Source: Pristiophorus japonicus
Lineage: Eukaryota
Assembly (NCBI RefSeq): GCF_044704955.1
Contig: NC_091999.1
Location: 65,596,001-65,660,000 of the forward strand
Length of the DNA: 64,000 bases
Direction: 5' to 3'
Under the pieces are notes generated by a model. The model searched no databases and was not told where the DNA came from. It saw only the letters and a list, made by a program, of their open reading frames with translations. This document shows, in pieces, positions 25,205 to 38,680 of the stretch; position 1 is the stretch's first letter, and every line of letters starts with the position of its first letter. The position numbers and the translations under genes were made by a program.

Positions 25205-26780
25205 TGATGAAATGCATCCCAGGGTATTGAAAGAGATGGCGGTTGCTATAGCAGATGCATTCGTTATAATCTACCAAAATTCTCTGGATTCTGGGGAGGT
25301 ATCATCGATTGGAAAGCAGAAAATATAACGCCTGTGTTATAAAAAGTGGACGACAAAAGGAATGTAACTATAGGCCGGTTAGTCTAACATCTGGAGTGTG
25401 GAAAATGCTTGAAGCTATCTTTAAGGAAGAAATAGCGGGACATCTATATAGGAATAGTGCAATCAAGCAGACGCAACATGGATTCATGAAGAGGAAATCA
25501 TGTTTAACTAATTCACCGGAATTTTCTGAGGATATAATGAGCATGGTGGATAGAGGTGTACTGATGGATGTGGTGTATTATGATTTCCAAAAGGAATTCG
25601 ATAAGGTGCCAAATAAAAGGTTACTGCAGAAGGTAAAGGTAGGCAGAGCCAGAGGAAATGTATTAGCATGGATAGAGAATTGGCTCAGTAACAGAAAGCA
25701 GAGAGTTGGGATAAATGGGACCGTTTCAGGGTGGCAATCGGTGGTTAGTGGTGTGCCACAGGGATTGTTGCTGGGACCACAACTGTTCACAATATACATA
25801 GATGATCTGGAAGAGGGGACAGAGTGTAATGTAACAATATTTGCAGATGACACAAAGATTAGTGGGAAAGCGGGTTCTGTAGAGGCCAAAGAGAGGCTGC
25901 AAAGTGATTTAGATAGGTTAAGCGAATGGGCTAAGATTTGGCAGATGGAATACAATGTCGAAAAATGCGAGGTCATCAACCTTGGAAAAAAAACAGTAAA
26001 AGGGAATATTATTTGAATGGGAAGAAATTAGAACATGCTGCGGTGCAGAGGGACCTGGGGGTCCTTGTGCATGAATCCCAACAAGTTAGTTTGCAGCTGC
26101 AGCAGGTAATCTGGAAGGCGAATGAAATGTTGTCCTTCATTCCGAGAAGGATGGAGTAAAAATGCAGGGAGGTCATGCTGCAACAGTACAGTGTATTGTT
26201 GAGGCCACACCTGGAGTACTGCGTGCAGTTTTGATCACCTTACTTAAGGAAGGATATACTAGCTTTGAAGGGGGTACAGAGCCGATTCACTCGGCTTATT
26301 CCGGAGATGAGGGGGTTACCTTATGATGATAGATTGAGTAAACTGGGTGTTTCCTCGTTGGAGTTCAGAAGGATGAGGGGTGATCTTAGAGAAACATTTA
26401 AAATAATGAAAGGGATAGACAAGATAGAGGCAGAGAGATTGTTTCCACTGGTCAAGGAGACGAGACGAGGGAGCACAGACTCAAAATACGGGGGAGCCAA
26501 TTTAGAACCTAGTTGAGAAGGAATTTCTTCTTCCAAAGGGTTGTGAATCTGTGGAATTATCTGCCCAAGGAAGCAGTTGATGCTAGCTCATTGAATGTAT
26601 TCAAATCACAGAGAGATCGATTTTTAACCAATAAGTTAATTAATGGTTATGGGGAGCGGGCGGGTAAGTGGAGCTGAGTCCACGGCCAGATCAGCCATGA
26701 TCTTGTTTAATGGAGGAGCAGGCTCGAAGGGCTACATGGCCTACTCATGTTCCTAATTCCTATGTTCTTATTATGTTATG
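25205..26780 (+). mobile_element. CR1 LINE, 5'-truncated
   Basis: ORF 25309-26016 RT motifs (NYRPVSLTS, GVPQG, FADD) and CR1 3' UTR/tail. Confidence 0.95.
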
Positions 26781-27409
26781 CTATTCAGTCTTACTTAGTC
26801 GTGCTCAGGTCGATTATGTGTCGCCACAAGTTTTAATGAACGACGCATCGATGATTTTACAGGTTATATTTAGTTGTCAACTTATAATAAACCTGTGGGT
26901 AATCGGTTTTAAATGTAAATGTCTCCCGATTTGTGAAACACTGATACAATTTTTTCAGGGAAACTAAATCTTCCGTGATTTGTAAGGTTATAGACAGGGA
27001 GAGAGAAACGACTGAAAGTCGAAGCGAGTTTTTCCAAATTAATATCAGTTTAATTTCAAAGCACGTGCAGACCTGAGATCGGCGCAAATTGAGAAGAGAT
27101 CAATTAGAAATCAGTTTAATAAACTTGACAGAGTGAACCGATCTATCTGCTTAGAACACGATTGTTGCACCGGTTGTGCCTGCTTTGTTTTTGTGCGCCT
27201 ATGTTTCTGTGTGAGAATCAGGAGTCCTCCTAACTGGTTGTAAACCTGCCTCCTGTGTTTCATGGAGTACAATTCGGCTCAGTTATTTCAGAAGCTTTTA
27301 TCTGTAAGAATTCGATAGTTTCAATTTAAGTTTAAGGGGGCGATTCGGGAATGGGTTCAATAAACCCAGTTTGTGATATTCAAAATAATCAGTTCTGAAA
27401 AACTTCGGG

Positions 27410-27830
27410 CAAACTACAGAAGGAGCTTTAATAGGTTCCTAACCCGTGCTGTAACTGCCCTTATTGTTGTTCACTGTGCAATGTAGAGGGGGCTTCTTTA
27501 TCTAACCTGTGCTGTAACTGTCGCGTGAGTCTTTTATGGGACAGTTTGGAGGGAGAATTTATTATCACGTGTCTTATACTTGCCCTGGGAGTGTTTGATG
27601 GCACAGCATACAGGGAGCATTACTCTGTGTTTATCCCGTGCAGTATCTGCCTAGGGAGTATTTGATGGGACCGTGTACAGAGAGCTTTACTCTGCATTTA
27701 ACCTTAGCTGGAGTGTTTGAAAGTGCAGTGCAGAATTGGCTTTGCTCAGAATGAATCTCTTGCTAGACTTGACCATAGAGCGCTGCAAAGGGAGTTTTAA
27801 TCTCTATTATATGTACTTTAACAGACCTGA
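27410..27830 (+). repeat. Degenerate ~66-bp tandem repeat
   Basis: Unit approx. ctaacccgtgctgtacctgccctgggagtgtttgatgggacagtgtagagggagctttactctgtat; reverse copies near 48430-48510. Confidence 0.8.
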
Positions 27831-28569
27831 GAGTGATTTTTCCAGTGTTGTTCAAGGAATGTCAATCTACATCAACGTTATAAAGTGTGATTTCTCGAGA
27901 CAGATATATAAAAATCAAACGTTCCATTGCTCCAAAGCAACAAACCCGCACTGTTTGAATTTAAACTTATTGCAAAAAAAACCTGCCCAATTTTTAATGA
28001 ATTGGTCCATTTTACACATTCTGATTATCAGAAAATGTTTGAATGAGAGTGGCCTGATCGTGAGCTCAATTTCAGATCAAACAGTTTCAGGAAGTGATTG
28101 TAACGTTCCAGAAAGGAGCACCTGTTGTGGTCTGATGGGAGGCTGGAAGCTATTTGGACAAAATAAATGGTGAATGTCGGGACTTCCGCTTCAAATAACC
28201 ATCATGGGAACCTTGTGTGTGAAAGCATTATTTAGGTAAAATGTATTTTTTTAAGTTACAACGGGGCAAACTCGATTGAGATGCATCGATTGGAGTGGGT
28301 CACAACACACGCCACACAGTTACTGACCTGCACTTATCTGATACATTTAAAGAGGTATAGTGAGCTTGTGATGAGTTGTCATTTACAATATTCTTTCAGG
28401 CAGTGTGATGGTTTCCACCTAAATCCTTGGCGTCAACTTCCTCAGGCCATTTATTTATAATTTCCTCTTGCATTATAACAAACAATTAACATAGATCTGA
28501 TAAATAAGTTCAACATTATAAATTGTTTCCTCTAATTTAATCTGGGAGAACTAATTCAGTTGAGTGAAG

Positions 28570-30740
28570 TAGAATCATAGAATCATCGTAGACATTTAGA
28601 GCACAGAAGTCCATTTCGGCTTTTCAGTTATCCAGCTGAAACCCGCTTTCCAGCACTTGGTCCGTGCCCTGCAGGGTACATCACTTCAAGTGCACACCCA
28701 AGCACCCGTTAAATGTGATTTGGGCTTCTGCCTCCAGCACTCATTCAAGCAAGGAGGTACAGACCCCCACCACCTTCTCGGTGAAGACATTTCCCCTCAT
28801 ACCTCCGCTAAATCGCTCAACAATTCCGTTAAATCGATGTCACTTGGTTGTTGATCCCTCTGCCAAGAGAAATACGTCCTTCCTATCCGCTTTCTCTCGG
28901 CCCCTCATAATTATATGCACCACAATAAGATCACCCCTCCGTCTCCGCTGTTCCAAGAAAAACAAACCCAGCCTATACAAACTTTTCTCATAGCTAAAAC
29001 TTTCCAGACTGAGCAACATACTCGTACGCCCCTTCTCTACACTTGTGGAAGCGTAACCTCCCTGCTCTTGTATTCTATCCTTGAGTATATAAAGACACGC
29101 ATTCTGTATGCCGACCTGTGCTGCTACCTTGAATAATCTGTGCACCTGAAATCTAAGGTCCCTTTGTTCCTCCACACTTCCCGTTATCTTGCCATTTAAT
29201 GTTTATTCCCTTGTATTTTTTGCCCTCCCCAAATGCATTACCTCACACTTCTACGGATTGAAATCCATTTGCCACTGTTCAGCCCACCTGACCAGTTAAT
29301 TCATATGCTCCTGCAGGTGGCAGCATTTTTCTTAATTATCGAGCATGCCTATTTTAATATCATCATATTCCCTACATTCAAGTCCAAATCGTTGATATAT
29401 ATCACAAAAAGCATGGGACCTGTCGAGTCTCACTGGAAACAGCCTTCCAGTCCCGCAAACATGCATCAAACATTAGTCTTTCCTTCATGCCTCTGACACA
29501 ATGTGGAATCCAACTTGCCACTTTGCCCTGGATCTCATGGGCTTTTATTTTCGCAATCAGCCTGTCATATGGGAACTAAGAATCTCAGAGCATAGAATCG
29601 TTGGCCCGCTTTGCTTGTACTGGCTCTGAAAGAGCTGTCCAAAATCCATTCCCAGCTTTTTCCTCATAACATTCCAAATGAGTTCTCTACAAGTACACGT
29701 CCAGTTGCCGAGTGCATTCCAGAAATTGAAACTCTTCCTTTGAAAAAAAAAATCCAAATTTCCCCTGTAGATCCTTTGCCAATTATTTTAAAGCTGTGTC
29801 CTTTTCTTACCAACCTCACCAGAGGAAATCATTTCTCCTTACTTACTGTGACAAAACCTCTCACAATTTCAAACTCCTCTATAAGCTAACCCCTTTAACG
29901 TTGACTCCTGTAAGGAACATTCCCGGCTTTTCAATTTTATCCACATAACTGAAGTCTCTCATCCCTGCTACCATCATTGTCATCATCCTCTCCACCGACT
30001 TCAAGGCCTTATCATCCTTCCTAAAATGTGGTGGTCAGAATTGTATACACTACTCCATCTATGCCTAACCAGTGATTGGTAACAGTTTAGCATGACTTCC
30101 ATGTTTCTGTATTCAATGGCCCTATTACAAAGCCAATTATCCCATATACATTCGAGCTAGCTGTGTAATCAAATTGCGCGGTCACAGTCACCGATATGTG
30201 AATAGGCACCTCAGGTCGCTCTGCACTTGCACTCCCTCAAAATAGTACCAGTTAGATTATATTTCCGCTCCCTGTTACTTATCTGCATTAACTTGCATCA
30301 GCCGCATTTCTGCCCATTTCACCAGTCTGTCTATTTCCTCCCGACGTCCACTGCTATCCTGCTCACCAGTTACTACGTTGTCAAGTGTTGCGTTATCCAC
30401 AAACATGAAGACTGTGCTGCCTATTAATAAGTCCAGGTAATTTATATATAATGTAAGAAATGCACTGTCCATAATACAGACCCATGGGCGAACCCATTCC
30501 TCTCCAGTCAGAAAAACCATTCGTTCACCACTACTCTCTGTCTTCTCTCCCTCAGAAAATTAAGTACCTAGGTATCTATCCCTTCAATCCCATATGTTCC
30601 TTTTTCCCAAATAAGTCTTTTATGATATTCTTGATGAAGTTGAACTTGAAAGTCTATCCTTCCACGATCGACGTCAAAACTATCCTCCACCCTCTTTGTT
30701 ACTTTCCACTTAAGACCGAGCTTCCAGTATCAGACAAATA
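28570..30740 (-). mobile_element. Two older CR1 LINE 3' fragments
   Basis: RLGLFFLEQRRRRGDLI motif, tail at 28570 and second tail near 29580. Confidence 0.8.
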
Positions 30741-32465
30741 AGCCGCAGCTGTTTGAGTAATCTGCATAAAACCGGAAGCGAGCGTTGCCCAAATCAGCAG
30801 TAAGCACGTCAGTTACTCTTTGTACTTCCGTGTGCAGATGCCACTGATAAACAATCGATGTATAATGCTAAAGGATTGGCAATATTAGATATTTAGAGCA
30901 GAAACCTATCGTGATGTTTAGCTTATGTCAGTAACAAACAGCAACAAGAATTGACTGTAACGACGCAGAAAGCAGCACGTGTTATCCTTGTGGGAGGTTG
31001 GAGAACTATTTGGAAAATTTTAATGGACCGTTTAAAGTGCATCGCTCCATATAATCAACTTTTGGATTTGTATTGAATTCTGTAAATTTAGTTGAGCGAA
31101 TGGGAGGAGGAAGGTCAGGAGACATCCAATCTGTAGCAAGGGATAGAGTACAAATCACATCGCATCGCTCTTCCTCCAATTCTGAGAAGAAAAGAGATAG
31201 ACTCGAATAAATCTAATTTAATCTGAAGCTTGAATCTTCTAAATCAGGTTGTGGAAAAGTTCCCTGTTCAAAAATATGGTCTGAATTATTCACTTCAATT
31301 TTAAAGAGACTTCAACAATTTAATGTAAACGTCATTTATTGTCATGGGAACAAAGCAGATCTTTATGAGGTCTAATAGAGAGTTCTTGGAATTATGATGG
31401 GTTCTTTGAAGGGATTCGGGAAGCATATTTCCCCAGGTTAGTGAATTGGTGAGTCAAAAGCAGAAATTGAAAATCAGCAGTAATAGAATACATGGAGAGG
31501 TTTTATTCTATTACTCTACACTGGGGACTGTTTGGACATGGGATGTTTTATTAGAAAGATGGCTGCATGCAGAATCCATAATAACTTGATAAAATTGAAC
31601 TATCGTGATGAAGATTGGGAATTGAAAGGAGAAAGGATTGGTAGAGAGACATTTCAAAGGCCTGAAGGGGCCGAATAGGCTCCTTCTCTGTTGTAAAATG
31701 TTATTATCTCATAATTCTGGGTCATGCTTCATAAACATGCCGGCATCTAGCTGTATGAGTTGTGCGCTTAGGAGAACTAACCCTGCTGCTATTGAATCAA
31801 GTGTGTCTCCTGAAAACAACAACTTGCATTTATATTGTGCCTTTAACCTAGTGAAACGTCCATAGATGATTCATAGGGGCGTTAAGCCGATACAATCTAG
31901 CATCCTGCCACAGAATGAAATATGAATGTTTCATCAGGATGGCTGTTAGTTATTATGAGAGTTGACCAAATGCTTGCCTAGATGGTAAGTTTTAATGCAG
32001 CATCGTAAAATACAGAGATGGCTATATTCTGCTATCATATAATGGTCTTCTTCTGTGCTGATAATAAGAGGCTGATAGCAAAAGGATGTAGGGAGGAGCT
32101 CGGTGCACAGAATATGAACGAATCTAATCTTAAAATGGTTGGAGATTGAGGGAAATGTCCCATAAGAGGAGATCAAGAGCTGGAGGAAGTCGCCGATACC
32201 ATATTCTGGAATTCCCTTGGTACAAAGTCGTTTCCTATAGAATATGCCCATTTAAGACTAGTGACATTTCTTATGTAAAATACTTCAGTAACATGGAGGC
32301 ATTTCACATCAGGTCACGCTAACCACAGAAACTCAAATGCTGATTTAGGTTTTGATCAGCAAATGATGGAATTAGTTCATTCTGCAGTCAAATTTCGCGA
32401 TGCTTGTTTACCTTATAAGCACTGATTGCAGAGTCTAACTTGTCCAATTGGCCATTCTTTCCCAG

Positions 32466-32764
32466 CGACACCGTCTGCCCCCATACTCTGCGGCCTGCGC
32501 TCCTCCTGTGAACAACCCAACATCGACGGCCCCATCACCTACGGGTGTTTGGCAATAGACTTCTCCCCGGAAATCACCATCCTTTCCTGGATGAAAGATA
32601 AAGAGAAAATTACCACTGGATTGAAGACCTACCCGTGACTGCTCAATAAGAAGGGAGCCGACACCCTGCGCAGCCAATTAACCATCACCGAGTGAGTGAT
32701 GGGGAGCAGCACAATCTACTACGAGGTTCGACGAAATGGGTCAGTCTGGAAAATCAACATGCAG
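32466..32764 (+). pseudogene. ighm: Cmu1 exon
   Basis: [81 protein letters not shown]; TGA at 32636 and 32693; second canonical Cys is Tyr; donor reads GCGAGT. Confidence 0.93.
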
Positions 32765-32883
32765 GCGAGTGTTTTGCGATACAGGGATGCAAACTGTGAT
32801 AAGCAGAGAAGTTATACTGTTTTCTATACAACTTGATTAAACCAGATTTAGAGTGCACAATTCTGGTCTTTTTGTCACAATTA

Positions 32884-33136
32884 GAGCCCTGTGCACAGTT
32901 CTGCTCTCCGTATGACACTGGGAGTACTGCGCCTAATTCTGGTCCCCATATCACACTTGGAGAACTCTGCTCAGTTCTGATCCCCATATCACTCTGAGTG
33001 TACTAATTTCAGGTCTGGTCTCTATATCACACTTGGAGCATTGTGCTCAGTTCTTGTCCCCATATCACTCTGAATGTACTGATTACCGTCTTGTCTCCAT
33101 GTCACACAGAGTACTGTGCACAGTTCTGGTCTCCAG
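32884..33136 (+). repeat. 38-bp minisatellite derived from CR1 ORF2
   Basis: About 6.5 copies of GAGTACTGTGCACAGTTCTGGTCTCCATATCACACTGG-like unit within a CR1 fragment spanning approx. 32780-34420. Confidence 0.8.
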
Positions 33137-33142
33137 ATCATA

Positions 33143-33880
33143 TTTACTACTACGAGGCAGACCTTCGTGACGAGGATGACGCTCTTCACAGCAAAGAAGA
33201 TGGGCTCACAGGTGTTACAATGTGTTATATCTTAAAGGGTGGAAGATGCCTGTGCGTTGATTTTTTAATGTGTGATGACAGTTGCACACCAGCCACCACA
33301 CGGGTTTGACAGAGCTAGGTCTTGGTCCAGTCGTAAGGATTAACCAAGACAACAGCAGACCAAGCACTGTTGCGCCTCCCTTGGGCCCCGATCCTGCTGT
33401 TGTTATATGCTGCACTGCAATTCCTCTGTTATTCCGTGCTGCGCCTCTCCTGGGCCACGTCCCAACTGTTGTTATATACTGTGCCGCTCCTGGGCCACGG
33501 CTTCGATGCTGCAAATGATGCACTGCCCCTCTGCCACGACCCCTCTGATGTTCTATGCGGTGCAGCTCCTGAGCTCCGACTGTTCTGTTGTTATATATGC
33601 CGTGCCTTATCTGGGCCACGGTTCTGCCATTGTTAAATCCTGTGCCATTCCTCGCTGGGCTTGATCTCCGCCACCCACTGGTCTCCAACGTCGCTCCTGC
33701 TGGGCTCGAAAACCAATCCAAGCTGGGCGCGAATGCTGCCCACCGCTGGGCTCGAACACCGCCTCTCGCTCGGCATCTAACGCTGCCTCTCGCTGGGCTT
33801 GACCCACGCCCGCCCGCTGGGCTCAACCTTTGCACCGCGCTGGTCTCTAACGCCGCCACACTCTGGGCTCGACCTCACAT
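33143..33880 (-). mobile_element. Probable non-autonomous RTE-derived retroposon with GC-rich internal repeats
   Basis: Short (TAC)n tail at 33145, GC-rich repeated 5' region, interrupts a CR1 fragment. Confidence 0.5.
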
Positions 33881-34497
33881 TTAGAGCACTGTACACAGCT
33901 CTAATCTCCGTATCATATTTAATGTAGTGTGCATATTGCTGGTTTCCAAATTATAAGAATTATACAGAGGCGCTGGAGAAGTACACAAAAAGACCTGTAA
34001 GTAAGACAGCACACCTGAAAGATTGTAAATAACAAAAGTCATTGCACCAGATGGGGCTATTTTCACTCGAAAAGGGAAGGCTGAGGGTTGGGCGATTAGA
34101 AGTCTTTCAAATTATGTAGGCGATTGAAAGATTAGAAGTAGCGAACATATTTCTGCTTTAGGAGGAGCCCGGTACTTGGGACTGTGTAAGATAATCGCCA
34201 ATAAATCCAATTGGGAAATCAGGAGAAACTTATTTACCCAGGGAGTTGGTAGATTGTGGAAGTCGCTACCACATGGAGTACCTGAGGCGTATAGCATAGA
34301 TTCATTTGAGATGGATCAAGATAAGTACATGAGGGAGAGGAAGTAGGGAGAAAGAAGGCTCATTGGGTCATAACAACCGACCTTATTGGGCCAAATGTTC
34401 AGTTTCTACGTTGTAGATTCTATGTTAAAAATCGCTTTCCAATTCTTAATTGTTTGGATTGCAACAAATAATCCCAATAAAATGTATTTTCTTGCAG

Positions 34498-34808
34498 ATC
34501 GTGCGGTACATCATCCAAGTATTTTCTTTACCCTGAGTTCAACTGAAGAAATCGCCAGAAGCAGATCTGCAACAGTCATGTTTCAATCATCGATTTCCGT
34601 CCAAGAGAAGTGACGTTGAATTGGCTGAGAAATGGACAAGTCATGGATTTGGACATCGCCACCTCTCCTGTCTTTGAAGTTAACAAGAACTTCTCAATGA
34701 CCAGTCGGCTTATTCTCCCCGCCGAGGAATGGTTCTCCCTCTCAGTCTATACCTCGCACGTTTCTCATCAAGGTTTCACCCAAAGCCGAACCATTACCAG
34801 ATCTCACG
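34498..34808 (+). pseudogene. ighm: Cmu2 exon
   Basis: Acceptor ttttcttgcag; [27 protein letters not shown]-(frameshift)[18 protein letters not shown]..[37 protein letters not shown]; donor GTAAGA at 34809; both canonical Cys lost. Confidence 0.92.
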
Positions 34809-35129
34809 GTAAGAGACACAATCCCGTGAATTTCCGGATCATTCTGAGCGTGGATCTCAGTTAGGGCTTTTAAAGGAATTATTAAAAAGCACAGAATTAT
34901 TTCTCATTTCCAATCATACAGTTTCTAATTCCTTTCAGTGTAAGTCCTGACTGTGCATTCATCATGGTTCATGACTCCATCACTTCACCAAAGGTTTCAC
35001 TTTGCTCTGATGCCAGACTGTGAGCGAGGTTCCCTTAGTTTCAGCTTTATCCTGAGTTGCCTGATCAAATTCGGAGCGACAGTAGGTGTCTGCAATCCAT
35101 TGCTGGTAACTGTCTCAGGGCCCACTGCT

Positions 35130-35690
35130 AGAAAGGGCATCTGCCCTATTTAGAATACTGTGTTATGTACTGGGGACTGCACCTCAGGATCGATAAACTG
35201 GCTTTAGAGGGGATGCACTGCAAATTAAGACGGATCATATCAGGGAAAAGATGGATAAATTGTGAGGACAGGTTGCACAGAATAGGCATGTATTACTTTG
35301 AATATGGAAGTTAAAGGTGATCTAATTGAGGTGTTTAAGTTGATAAATGGAACTGATATGGTAGATAGAGATGAACTATTTCCTCTGGTGCGGGAGTTCA
35401 GAACAACAGACATTGCACTAAACGTAGAGCTAGGCCATTCAGGGATGATGTCAGGAAGGATTCTTTCACAGAAAGGGTGGTTTATGTCAGGAACACTCTT
35501 CTCCAAAAAGCTGTTGAGGCTACGGGTCAAGTGAAGGTTTCAAAACTGCAACTGAGAAACCTTTATTAGGCAAGTTCATCATGGGTGACACACAAAAGGC
35601 GGGTATATAATGTTGAGCTGTAGGTCAGGTCATGTTCCATAGAAAGACGGAAGGCAGGATGGGCTGAGTAGCCTGCTCCAGTTCTATTTT
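35130..35690 (+). mobile_element. Old CR1 LINE 3' fragment
   Basis: KGDLIEVFKLINGTDMVD..LFPL motif and 3' UTR. Confidence 0.8.
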
Positions 35691-36255
35691 GCTATTACTG
35701 CCCTGCGGTTATATTTGAAACTGACTCTCTCTAATTCGACAGGAACGCTCAGTAATGATAAAGATAAACAAACTACTTCACATAGGTATTACAAATTATA
35801 ACCCACCAAACAAGATCCCTTGGACTCCATTTTCCCGACCTTTCACTTCTCCTCTGATGGGGGGCTGCAACTGGTTGCTGCACATTTTCACTGCCCCCAA
35901 AATCACAAGACACTGGAAAATTAACTTTGTTTCCTGCTGCACGTGAATACTGGATTTGATTTGCCACTCGTTTTGAACTAATGTAATTTTCATGTATAGC
36001 TCTTGGCCCGAGTGGTAGAGCCATTATAATGAGCGGAAACGCGTTCGGGCACAAGAATCTGTTGACGTTGGAAATGTTAAAGGGTTTCCTAACATCATTG
36101 CCAATTTGTTGTCCTTCCAATAACGATTTGTTTAATCATCAGCGAGAGATTGATATCTCAAAGCGGATTTATTCTCCTGGAGAGAGTGAACGCTGAATAC
36201 TGGTGGCCTGATTCTGAAGATGAAGCTGAGCGTGAATTTCATTTCTGCTTCACAG

Positions 36256-36564
36256 ATGAATCTTTGTGCAAATATACGAAAATCACTCTTCTTCAACCGC
36301 CACTAGAACATGTCTTACTGGAGAAGACGATGATCCTAACCTGCATTGTGTCTGATGCTCCTTATGGGGTCACCGTGTCCTGGACCCGAAAAAAGGAGAA
36401 TTTGAAATCAGAGATTTCCCTCCAACCGGGAGAGTATTCCAACAGCGTGATCAGCAATTTAAACATCTCAACATAAGCCTGGCTAAGAGGGTATGAGTTC
36501 TACTGAGTGGTGAGTCATCACGAAATGTTGACTCCTAAAAGAGGTTTCATCCACAAGGAAAAGG
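36256..36564 (+). pseudogene. ighm: Cmu3 exon
   Basis: [69 protein letters not shown]; stops at 36474 and 36504; donor GTGAGT at 36565. Confidence 0.93.
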
Positions 36565-37080
36565 GTGAGTGGGGAGGTTGGAGCAACGAGTGACACGCTC
36601 CAACAATTTCCGGTGCTTGTGCAAGGGCCATTTCGATTTTTAACTATTTTATAGATTAGCCTGATAAGTCAAATGTTCACTCCACGAACTAAACGCTCTG
36701 GGACTTGAGATGATCATTTTAAGGGGAAGCTATATAAATGCATGAGGGGGATAGAAATAGAGGCATATGTTATGAGGTACAGAGAGAGTATGTTTGGAGG
36801 AGGCTCCTATGGAGCATAAAGCCCTGCAGAGATCAGTTGGTCGAACGGACTATTTCTTTGCAGTGCTTTCAAAGTCATTTTCCAGTACAACTCTTCAAAC
36901 TGCCAGAGAGAAGGTGTGCATCCCCATATTCACCGGGCTGTAACACTGGACAGGCCACAGAGGGGGAAAAGGAAATCCTTTGAAATTTAGCGCAAATCAC
37001 ATTTCTCTCATATCTAACCTATAATTTAGTTTTCTCTGCAACTGTCCAGTTCATTGGCCTTTATTATAACTGTTCTACAG

Positions 37081-37472
37081 GGAATGATCTGCGGGAACCG
37101 GCCGTGTCTTTCCTCCTGCCGTCGGCAGAGGACGTCTCTGCTCAGATGTTGGTCAGCCTCACCTGCTTAGTAAGAGGTTTCTCCCCGCGAGAGATCTTCG
37201 TCTCGTGGACCGTCAATGAGAAAACGGTGATTTCCGGCAACTACAAGAACACCGAGATGATGGCGGAGAACGGCAGCAGATCCTTCTTCATCTACAGCCT
37301 GCTATCCATTGCAGCCGAGGAAGGGGGCAGCGGCTCTTCCTACTCCTGTGTGGTGGGAGATGAAGCGATCCCCTTCAAGATCACCAACATAACCGTCAAT
37401 AAATCCAGTGGTAAACCCAGTTTTGTGAACATTTCCCTTGTTCTGAAGGACACCATCAATGTTTGTCAATGA
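37081..37472 (+). pseudogene. ighm: Cmu4 exon plus secretory tailpiece (frame still open)
   Basis: [51 protein letters not shown]; tailpiece [20 protein letters not shown] with N-glycosylation site and penultimate Cys; internal donor G/GTAAAC at 37410/37411 for the membrane form. Confidence 0.95.
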
Positions 37473-37904
37473 GAATGTCTCGATTGCATTTCAGTTCTTA
37501 AAAAAAAACAATTAAGTGTTATTCTTCCAATCATGAGTTACAAATGCGGCCGCTTAATTAATTTTGCTTCCTATTTTTGTCAAGGGGAGGTCTATTAATC
37601 TGAAGCAGGATATTTGCATGTCTTGGGCTCGAGACTTGTATAGCCAAAGCTCGCAGCTCAGATACACTATAGGTTTAAAACACAGTGAAGCACTTTCAAT
37701 AGCCTATTCCTCAAGGTAACTTCAGCAACATTTTTCCCGCTGGCGAATCTGAAAACTTCCCATTTCCAACAAACAAACACAGCACAGTTAGAGCTCAGTT
37801 TCCCTGATTCTCGTGTTATTCATCACATCATAATTGGAGACAGTTTTATTTTGCAGCAATGCATCCACTGCATTCTGAAATGAGGGCCACATGCCTACAC
37901 AAAC

Positions 37905-38680
37905 TCTCCCTCCCCACTCCCCCAACAGAGAGAGGGGAAAGGGCAATTGTTAACACACTGTATTTCCCACTGACCCACGAGAGAGGGGTTAGGGCAATTG
38001 TTAACCCACCGTACTCCCACTGCCCCACCAGAGAGCCAGATAGGGCAATTGATGACCCACTATACCCCTACTACTCTACCAGAGAGAGAGAAACGCGCAA
38101 TTGTAGACCCCCTGTACCAGGCACTACCCCAACAGAGAGAGTGGAAAGGGTAATTGTTAACCTACTGTACCTCCGACTGCTCCACCAGAGAGGGGGAAAG
38201 GGTAATTGTTCACCCACGTTAACTTCCACTGCTCCACCAGAGAGGGGAAAAGGGCAATTGTTAACCCAATGTAGATCCCATTGCCCCACCAGAGAGTGGG
38301 GAAAGGGTAATTATTAACCCACTGTACTCCCACTGCCCCGCCAGTGAGAGAGGAACGCGCAATTGTTAATCCACTGTACCAGATATTTCCCCAGCAGAAA
38401 GAGGGGGAAGGGTATTTGTTAACCAACTGTACCTCCCACTGCTCCACCAGTGATGGGGAAAGGGCAATTGTTAACCGATTGTACATCCCTCTGTCTCACC
38501 AGAGAATGGGGGAAGGGTCATTGTTAAACCACTGTACCAGACACTCCCCCACTAAAGAGAAGGGAAAGGGCAATTGTTTACCAACTGTACCTCCCACTGC
38601 CCAACCAGAGAGAGGGGAAAGAGGAATTGTTTGCCCACTGTGCCTCTCACTCCACCACCAGAGAGAGCGGAATAGTGCAG
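37905..38680 (+). repeat. ~52-bp minisatellite, about 14-15 copies
   Basis: GGGCAATTGTTAAC anchors at 37941, 37992, 38043, 38095, 38148, 38200 ... 38621. Confidence 0.92.

Noticed and set aside
33215-33859. 214-aa ORF on the minus strand
   Set aside because: GC-rich internally repetitive retroposon sequence with no domain motifs
32466-37472. IgNAR or IgW isotype
   Set aside because: Four C exons with IgM-like sequence, a Cmu1 light-chain-pairing Cys, a mu tailpiece and a conventional VH with full FR2 (WIRQ..GLEW)
37612-37619. Perfect octamer ATTTGCAT downstream of the secretory exon as an enhancer
   Set aside because: A single 8-mer is expected by chance in 64 kb and no supporting motif cluster was seen
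37681-37720. CACAGTG heptamer as an RSS (also isolated CACTGTG and GGTTTTTGT elsewhere)
   Set aside because: No nonamer at 12 or 22/23 bp spacing
37905-38680. Class-switch (S) region
   Set aside because: Lies 3' of the constant exons rather than upstream of Cmu1 and is not rich in AGCT motifs
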